Of a stretch of DNA of 64,000 bases, positions 57,438 to 64,000 are shown one piece after another (within the stretch, counting starts at the first letter, position 1; every line of letters starts with the position of its first letter). The position numbers and the translations under genes were made by a program. The notes below the pieces were generated by a model, which did no database searches, was not told where the DNA came from, and saw nothing but the letters and a program-made list of their open reading frames with translations. The stretch is from IMG/VR virus record IMGVR_UViG_3300047558_000137, positions 310,315-374,314 of that record. One strand, written 5' to 3'.

Positions 57438-57457
57438 AATACTATTTAACCTTTTGG

Positions 57458-59167
57458 TTATAAAACTGGGCCAGCGCCAGCTGGTGCTACTGCACCTGGC
57501 ATTCCGCCCATTCCTGGAGCACCTTGTCCCATATCTGCGCCCGGAGGTCCTGCAGGAGTTTCTGGACCCAATGCTTCCATATCGCTTTGGATACCACCTG
57601 GGCTAATTCCTACACTACGCAAGCCCGGGCTTTCAACTGGTGCTGTCTCAACATTACCACGTTCTTCGTTCCATGCTGTTTCGTTTTCACTAATCTCCTG
57701 CTCAGTCATACCTAAATAACGCTTCATTAAGAAACGCTTACTTAGATAAGGGATAGGTTCTAGCTGTGTAAATGTAGCAATACGTGCAGAGTCAATGTCT
57801 GCTTGACGGTATTGTGCAAAGTTTTGTGGCTCATTAAACGTTAGATCAAACAGACTTCCATCAATATTAAAGCCTCTCCAGCGCATAAACAGCTTGAATT
57901 CGTTGTCTAATTTGTCTGCAACCATGGACTGTAGACGTTGGCAATACTGGTTAAAGCGCCATTCTTGGATAAGTGCTGTACCTACACGGCCGTCTGTATA
58001 TGCTTGACTACCGTCATCTGCTGTAGTAGGCAAATAGCTACTAGGAATACGCAAACCACGGAATAACTTGTTAGTAAAGAAGCGCAAATCAGTAATTTCG
58101 CCTAGGTTTGCGCCGCCAGGCAATACATCTACGCTAGACCCACGACCGTCTGCTGTAGTAGGGAAGAAGTAATCTTCGTTTGTGCTTAATGGATTATATG
58201 TAGCATCCATCATGTTTTGTGCGCCCGCACCAGTTTGTGTAGGAATACGGCGCTGATGAATTTCGTTTTTAATACGTTCAACAAATGCCATAGCCATGTG
58301 ACTTGGCATGTTACCTACGTCAATCTTAAAGATTCTACGCTCCGGAGCACGTTGTACACGATAGATAATAATACTATCTTCTAGCAGTTCTTTCTGCTTA
58401 AAGACCTTAAAAATGTTCTCTAATACACTGTTACCGAAAGGCCAAAATACGTCCAGACCCTCTGTTAAACTCAGGTGTAAAATGTGTTCTGCGGCAATTG
58501 CAGCTTCGTTTTTAGCATGAGTAAAGCGACTTCCGCCACCGTACGGTGCTTGTGGCTGCACGTATGCACCCGACGGACCACCCGTTTGTGGGTGGTTAGT
58601 ATAGGTATCTGTAGTAGCCACAGCGGTCATTGTTAGGTTTTGGAAGTTAGGATTTAGGTCCTTAATTAAGTATTGCTCGGGCTTTTTGCCTTCACCTTCG
58701 TTAACAATAACCTTGGTAACCTTACTCATTTCGGTCCACATTAACTTAAAGTTTTCTGGATCACGAATAAAAACTTGGTCCCCGTACTTGATAGTATTAC
58801 GGAAGATTTTGAAGATACGCTTGTTAAAATCATTAAGTGCTACCCATTGTTGTAGCTGTTCTTTAATGATTTTTACTTCGTTATCACTTGGTTGTTCTTT
58901 ATACTTGATAGTAAATGCTGTGTGATTTTCTTGGTTCTTTTGTGTACAGAACTCAGCTAAAATATCTAGAGCCGCGTTAACTTCACTATCCATATCCATT
59001 TGTTCGTATTGGTTGTAACGCTCAACACGGTTAGGGTGCCCAATATATACTTCAGGCAACTGGCTTTGATAGTTACGGAATCCAGGATCTGGTGCGCGGC
59101 CATTGCCCAGTGTACTCACGTTACTAGGTAAATTACTGGTCTTAAAATACTTTTTCCATCCGGCCAT
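57458..59167 (-). CDS. Portal protein (gp20-like)
   Basis: LLEDSIIIYRVQRAPERRIFKIDVGNMP, EDYFFP, LPGG.NLG. Confidence 0.97.
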   Translation of the reverse strand: MAGWKKYFKTSNLPSNVSTLGNGRAPDPGFRNYQSQLPEVYIGHPNRVERYNQYEQMDMDSEVNAALDILAEFCTQKNQENHTAFTIKYKEQPSDNEVKIIKEQLQQWVALNDFNKRIFKIFRNTIKYGDQVFIRDPENFKLMWTEMSKVTKVIVNEGEGKKPEQYLIKDLNPNFQNLTMTAVATTDTYTNHPQTGGPSGAYVQPQAPYGGGSRFTHAKNEAAIAAEHILHLSLTEGLDVFWPFGNSVLENIFKVFKQKELLEDSIIIYRVQRAPERRIFKIDVGNMPSHMAMAFVERIKNEIHQRRIPTQTGAGAQNMMDATYNPLSTNEDYFFPTTADGRGSSVDVLPGGANLGEITDLRFFTNKLFRGLRIPSSYLPTTADDGSQAYTDGRVGTALIQEWRFNQYCQRLQSMVADKLDNEFKLFMRWRGFNIDGSLFDLTFNEPQNFAQYRQADIDSARIATFTQLEPIPYLSKRFLMKRYLGMTEQEISENETAWNEERGNVETAPVESPGLRSVGISPGGIQSDMEALGPETPAGPPGADMGQGAPGMGGMPGAVAPAGAGPVL

Positions 59168-59198
59168 ATATGTTCTCTTTTATGCTATATTTACCGCA

Positions 59199-61697
59199 TT
59201 ATGCGCTTACACGATATATCTTCTCTAGTTCGCTAGCTTGGTCTTTGTTTACTTTTACTAGTTCTTCCATCTTTTCAATCATGGTTGCAAACAGCCTTGC
59301 AGTTTCATTTACACCTGTGACTTGTGCTGGTCCACTGATTAGTTCTGCACCTGCTTCACCAACAATCCCTAATTCCCCGGCACCTAATCTTCCGCCTTTT
59401 TTCATTAGCTCAACGTGTACATGCTCACCATTTCCGCTAGCGTTAGGATGTGCTTCTGCTTTAGCTAACCCATTTAATATTTGATTAATAGCTGCTAATG
59501 TTGCATCCCGGGTACGTGGATCATTAAATTCAGCAATGTTAAGATCCGCAGCTTTACCTTGTGTGTGCTTACTATTTTTATTATTATCTTGATGCCATTT
59601 ATCATTTAATGCATTAATTGCATTAATGTGTAGGCCCGGCATACTACGTATCCTTTTAACAACTTCTACTAGTCGTTGTTCTGCGGCACCGCCGGCTGTA
59701 GCTTCACCAGGCTTACTTCCACGTAGTAAATCTGTTAGTCCTTCGTAATTGGTAGTCATACTTCCCAATGGACTAAGTTCTGCTACTTCTAACGGCTTAG
59801 TGCTGCCGGCCATTTTTTGCGCGGCTTCCTTTTTACGTGCTTCTCTATATGCTCTAGCTTCGTTAGCCAATGCTTCATCTTGTTCTCGACGTGCTTTTGC
59901 TTTTCTTGCCGCAGCTTCTCTTTGTGCCGCTGGATCGGGCCCAGCAACCGTAGCGGCATCTTGTGCTGCTCTTACTTCTTGATTTGCCAATCGTGTTCGT
60001 TCAGCTGCACGTATTTCTTCGGCTGTTTGTGGCTTCTTGCCAGTTAATTTTTCTACTAGCTCTAGAATAACTCCAGAAAATTTATCAACAGCATCACCGA
60101 ATGTTGGGCCAAATTTAGTAACTAATGTTTCATTGAAGTCTACCATCCTGGTAGCAATATTAGCCATCTTAGGTAAACTCTCGACTGTAATTTCGTCCAT
60201 ACGCTTTTTAAACTTTTGTATAGACTCTAATAGAGCATCGTATTCAGTTGTTGCTTTATCTGTACCAGACTTACGCTTTTTATCTTGTTCAGCTAGTTCC
60301 TTTAAGGTACTTCCTTCAAGGTTAACACGCTTGTCTGTTGCTGATACAATTTGAGATGTATTTTTGTTTAATCTAGAAACATACTCGTTTTGCGTAGCAA
60401 ATGCTAATCTTGATACGTTAGCACCTTGATCTGTAAATTGCTTTAATGCACTTTCGTTGCCTTTTAATACTTCTGCAGTTGATTGATAAAACTGTTCTTT
60501 AGTATTACGTGTGGCAGCAACCATTTCTTGTGCCATTTTTACAAATAAGCCATTACTCTGTGCATTTGCTTCTAAGCCAGCTTGACTAATTACAGTACCG
60601 TTAACTGCAATTTCTTCAACAATATCAGCAAAATCATCGCCCATCATTGATTTAGCAATTAGAATTTGATTCTTAAGATTTTCTGCATAGTTAGTGCCAT
60701 TTCTAGCATCCTCTGCTGATAGACGATTAATAGTGGCCTGTGTTGCAGCATGTTTTAACCGTTCTTCTATTTCTTTCTTCTGTTGTGCCGCGGTCATGCC
60801 AGTTATGGCTGTCATTTCCTTAAGAGTTACTAGATAAGCGCCGGATCCTTTTTCTAAGAACTGGTAATTCTTAACCGTATCTATACCAGCTTTTGCGGCC
60901 AGCTCTGCATATTGTGCCGCAGCTCCGTTAACAGCTTCAAACGAGCCATACATAACCAGCAGGCCTTTTTCATTATTTCTTGCTTCTCGGCCCATGGCCA
61001 TAACTCTGTTGGTAGCTTGTTGTATAGTGCCGCCTAGTGTAGATAGCCCTTCAACGTTTTCTGTAACAAATTTACTATATTGAGCTATAGACATGCCACC
61101 GGCGTGTGCAGCTTTACCCATTTCTGTTAAGTTGCCGCCAAAGGTGACACCAACTTTGCTTAGATTATTGTAATTGTCGACAAGAGCCTGGCTGTTCTCC
61201 ATCATCATCTTGCCAACTTGTAGACTCATGTCTATAGCAACAGATGTGATTTTATCTACGCCAGCAATAGCTGCACCAAGGAAAGGAATACCCGAGAACA
61301 TTGAGCTTAATGCGCCAGTTATAGACTTAATTGCATTTCCAAGCAAATTCATTGTAGGAATTACAGAAGTAAATGCCTTGTCGGAAGTATATATAGCCTG
61401 TGACGAATCTATAGCACCGCTAGCAAATTGATGTAATCCGCCTAATACTTTCTTAATACCCTCGGCAATGGCCTTTTCACGATCTTCTTCGTATTTTTGC
61501 TGTTTCTTTTGAGTTTCGATTAAATCAAGTTTGGCTTTAATTTCCTGCTCGGAAACTTTGTGTAACTGGGCCAGCTTCTTAATAAAGGCTTCTTCTTGTA
61601 GCTGAGCCTTTGCCATCATGCGGGCTTGGCTTTCATAGCCAGAGTTAACCGTTCCTAAAATCGAATCAAGTTTGTCTAATCTATCTTCTACAGCCAT
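59199..61697 (-). CDS. Tape-measure/baseplate-hub-like protein with C-terminal M15-type peptidase
   Basis: Long helical body; SKHTQGKAAD...GEHVHVE Zn-peptidase motif; GIVGEAGAELI tail motif. Confidence 0.75.
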   Translation of the reverse strand: MAVEDRLDKLDSILGTVNSGYESQARMMAKAQLQEEAFIKKLAQLHKVSEQEIKAKLDLIETQKKQQKYEEDREKAIAEGIKKVLGGLHQFASGAIDSSQAIYTSDKAFTSVIPTMNLLGNAIKSITGALSSMFSGIPFLGAAIAGVDKITSVAIDMSLQVGKMMMENSQALVDNYNNLSKVGVTFGGNLTEMGKAAHAGGMSIAQYSKFVTENVEGLSTLGGTIQQATNRVMAMGREARNNEKGLLVMYGSFEAVNGAAAQYAELAAKAGIDTVKNYQFLEKGSGAYLVTLKEMTAITGMTAAQQKKEIEERLKHAATQATINRLSAEDARNGTNYAENLKNQILIAKSMMGDDFADIVEEIAVNGTVISQAGLEANAQSNGLFVKMAQEMVAATRNTKEQFYQSTAEVLKGNESALKQFTDQGANVSRLAFATQNEYVSRLNKNTSQIVSATDKRVNLEGSTLKELAEQDKKRKSGTDKATTEYDALLESIQKFKKRMDEITVESLPKMANIATRMVDFNETLVTKFGPTFGDAVDKFSGVILELVEKLTGKKPQTAEEIRAAERTRLANQEVRAAQDAATVAGPDPAAQREAAARKAKARREQDEALANEARAYREARKKEAAQKMAGSTKPLEVAELSPLGSMTTNYEGLTDLLRGSKPGEATAGGAAEQRLVEVVKRIRSMPGLHINAINALNDKWHQDNNKNSKHTQGKAADLNIAEFNDPRTRDATLAAINQILNGLAKAEAHPNASGNGEHVHVELMKKGGRLGAGELGIVGEAGAELISGPAQVTGVNETARLFATMIEKMEELVKVNKDQASELEKIYRVSA

Positions 61698-61758
61698 TTA
61701 AAATACCCAGTTAATTATGTGATAAGTACATATATCAATTATTTATGGAGTACTTTAT

Positions 61759-62604
61759 ATGAGTAGTTTATCCCCTAATCCATTGGCCAAACATTTTAGA
61801 CAGCCTGCACTTTATATCAAACTTCCTAGCCACGGGCGCTGGTATCCTGAGGGCGAAATTGACATTAGTGCAACTAACGAAATCCCTGTTTACCCAATGA
61901 CTGCCCGGGATGAGATCATGATGAAAACTCCCGATGCATTAATGAATGGTGCTAGCACAACACAGGTTATTAAAAGTTGCTGCCCAAGCATTAAAAACCC
62001 CGAAAATATGCCTATTGTAGATTTAGATGCAGTATTGCTAGGCATACGTCTGGCTACATATGGCCCAGAAATGGAATTTACAACGGCATGCCCTCACTGC
62101 AATACAAAAGCAGAAAAAGCCCTCAATGTATCTATTCTACTAGATAAAATTGTTTCCGGCGACTGGACGTATCCTATAAAGTATAACGGATTGGAAATTA
62201 CATTAAAGCCGCAAACATATAAAGACTTCAACGACAATAACCTAATGAACTTTGATGAGCAACGTCTATTGCAAGTAATGCAAAACGATACAATGGATGA
62301 AGATGAAAAAGTTAAAAAATTCGACGAGATGTTTGCTAAACTAGTTGCAACCGGGATTAGTCAAGTTAGCAAAAACATTGCAAGTATTAAAACTGCTGAA
62401 GGGGTTATAGTTGACAACCCGGACTTTATCAGAGAATTCTTAGATAATTGTGAAAAAGGCGTTTGGAATGCTATCAAAGAACGTTTAGATGCTATTAGAC
62501 GTGAAAACAATTACAACGAAATAGCATTAACCTGTGAAAATGAACAATGCGGCAAAGACTTTATTGCGCCGTTTGTATTCGAGCAATCAAATTTTTTCGT
62601 ATAA
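61759..62604 (+). CDS. Baseplate hub assembly / tail chaperone protein (T4 gp26-like)
   Basis: LPS.G..Y, PMTARDE, DLDAVLLGIRLATYG, CPHC, C-terminal C...C...NFF. Confidence 0.85.
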   Translation: MSSLSPNPLAKHFRQPALYIKLPSHGRWYPEGEIDISATNEIPVYPMTARDEIMMKTPDALMNGASTTQVIKSCCPSIKNPENMPIVDLDAVLLGIRLATYGPEMEFTTACPHCNTKAEKALNVSILLDKIVSGDWTYPIKYNGLEITLKPQTYKDFNDNNLMNFDEQRLLQVMQNDTMDEDEKVKKFDEMFAKLVATGISQVSKNIASIKTAEGVIVDNPDFIREFLDNCEKGVWNAIKERLDAIRRENNYNEIALTCENEQCGKDFIAPFVFEQSNFFV

Positions 62605-62828
62605 GGCTTTTGACATTAAGCAATCAAGAGATCGTTGAATTAATTGATTCAATGAGTAAAGATGCAAAAGCCATTAAAGAAGAGCTCTTAACATTATGCT
62701 GGTATATGAGGGGCAGTGTTAGTTATGACGATTCTATGATGTTATCTCCCGAAGAAAGAGATATTATTAACAGCATTATTAAAAAGAACTTAGAAGCCAC
62801 TAAGGAAACAGGATTACCATTCTTTTAA
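62589..62828 (+). CDS. gp51-like baseplate assembly segment, probably expressed by -1 frameshift from the upstream gene
   Basis: In -1 frame, open through slippery A AAT TTT TTC; CWYMRGSVSY...LSPEER motif; no good SD for internal ATG at 62652. Confidence 0.65.
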   Translation, partial: KFFRIRLLTLSNQEIVELIDSMSKDAKAIKEELLTLCWYMRGSVSYDDSMMLSPEERDIINSIIKKNLEATKETGLPFF

Positions 62829-62879
62829 GATCACTACGTGATCTGTTGTTTCACTTCGTTCACAACATTTATTTTATTA

Positions 62880-63253
62880 TTACAAGAGCGAAGCGATGTA
62901 GTATTCATCTAGATTAAGTGGTCACACTTTGCCCGCACAGGGCAAAAAATGACTTCATCTGAGTTGCACAGTCACTTAGCGTTACATCAATTACAGAGGC
63001 GGTTGTCCGGTACCTCGAGATGCGTCTTATCACAACGGCGGGCTAATATCTATACGCTAACATACATATTAACCGTGCTCAATCACTTGAGCGTCTTTTT
63101 AGCTTTTATTACTCTATTCAAATAACCAAACCGTAGCATTTACGATCGACGTCCTGTTAAGGATGGTGGTTAAGCACTCTAGTCAGCATAGAGATTTCCG
63201 TCCCCCTTTTTATCGGGTTGTCACTAGGCACCTGAACTTAGCCGGTGCGAGCC
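62880..63253 (-). ncRNA. Long structured non-coding element downstream of GIY-YIG gene
   Basis: Dense hairpins: GCACC/GGTGC, CTCTA/TAGAG, TCCT-TAAC-AGGA, GCTCAA-GTGA-TTGAGC, GGTTAATAT/ATATTAGCC, TTTGCCC/GGGCAAA; no ORF in the track. Confidence 0.6.
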
Positions 63254-63688
63254 TTAAACTGATAACTTGTTTATAATGTGGGAGCCATGGACACGGACTG
63301 ATATTTGTCCGTTATAGTAATCTGTTGATTCCAAAACTTTGTGTGTAAATTGTTCTCGAGCCTCAACGTAGCTACATTCTGCTTTACTTTTACATAGGTA
63401 TAGTATTTCCCGTGTAAATTTGTCAGCACCTAATGCTTCTACATCTTTGTTTAATTGATCATTTGAGCCATAATATTCGCGCCAATCAGAGTCCACTTTG
63501 CTGCGGATTTTCTTTTTCTTTTTGGTGCCGTTTTTTAATTTTACTGTTTTGGTAGATGTTTTACTAAATTTTGCTAGTTTTTTGCCTATGTATTTGCGCC
63601 CTGATACAAGGTTTGTGATTAGATAGACAAAGCCCACACAGTCTTCTGGTAATTCATTGATTGTGTTGCCTTGATAAATCCATGTCAT
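63254..63688 (-). CDS. GIY-YIG family nuclease (single domain)
   Basis: GFVYLITN..SGRKYIGKK, YYGS, REIL, YVEAREQ, YYN. Confidence 0.85.
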   Translation of the reverse strand: MTWIYQGNTINELPEDCVGFVYLITNLVSGRKYIGKKLAKFSKTSTKTVKLKNGTKKKKKIRSKVDSDWREYYGSNDQLNKDVEALGADKFTREILYLCKSKAECSYVEAREQFTHKVLESTDYYNGQISVRVHGSHIINKLSV

Positions 63689-63708
63689 TGTACACTAATT
63701 TAGTCCTA

Positions 63709-64000
63709 TCACCACTCAGTGGCATATGAATCTGAAATTACTGCACTGTTACATTTGGTTTGGCATTCCTGCCAGCGGAAAGTTTGAAACTCTCCTGTCC
63801 AAAATGGATCCTCTAATACTTCTTGTACGGTTCTTGTTTTTAAATTAAATTTTTGAGCCAGGGTTTGCCATTCGTTGTTATGGTTATAACGGTTAGCTAC
63901 CCAACAGCAAGGGAATAATAATCCCTGACTATTGATGTATAAACCTTTGTTACCAATACCACATAAGGGCACTATGGAGCCATGATTTTTGAATTTTTTA
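63709..64000 (-). CDS. C-terminus of SPASM/radical SAM protein, start outside window
   Basis: Frame open to window edge; C...LYINSQG..FPCCW...CQTKC. Confidence 0.75.
   Translation of the reverse strand, partial: KKFKNHGSIVPLCGIGNKGLYINSQGLLFPCCWVANRYNHNNEWQTLAQKFNLKTRTVQEVLEDPFWTGEFQTFRWQECQTKCNSAVISDSYATEW

Noticed and set aside
62547-62588. ORF-track start MRQRLYCAV for the gp51-like ORF
   Set aside because: Buried in the upstream gene without an SD; frameshift entry explains the frame better
1-64000. Stop-codon reassignment, CRISPR array, introns or inteins in core genes
   Set aside because: Core genes are intact and of expected size in code 11; no suppressor tRNA or repeat-spacer array was seen

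Overview
A 64-kb segment of a large T4-superfamily myovirus genome, almost entirely on the minus strand. From the right end it contains: a partial SPASM/radical SAM gene, a GIY-YIG nuclease followed by about 400 nt of structured non-coding sequence, and a divergent gp26-like baseplate hub/tail chaperone pair. Next come a tape-measure-like protein with an M15-type peptidase, the head module (portal, core, protease, scaffold, major capsid) and an SGNH/glycosyltransferase-like cassette. A ~15-kb fibre/lectin block follows, then neck, sheath, tube and head-completion genes, both terminase subunits, gp32, UvsX and UvsY, and sugar/modification enzymes. The left end holds a tRNA/ncRNA array, which is the most striking part of the window. 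Two consensus sigma70 promoters drive unannotated leaderless peptides upstream of tRNA genes. One is a 47-codon, codon-diverse leader coupled to a terminator/antiterminator, a candidate tRNA-depletion-sensing attenuator. The other is a 16-codon UUA/UUG/AUA-rich leader directly in front of tRNA-Leu(UAA) and tRNA-Ile(UAU). The array also encodes a 73-nt tmRNA-TLD-like RNA with alanine identity elements, an 8/4 tRNA-Ser and four unidentified structured RNAs. Other notable signals are a -1 frameshift site joining the gp26-like gene to its downstream ORF, systematic leaderless late genes (TAAATA-N5-ATG) and a shared RLAGL scaffold-type motif. All calls come from manual reading of motifs and gene order; no searches were run.
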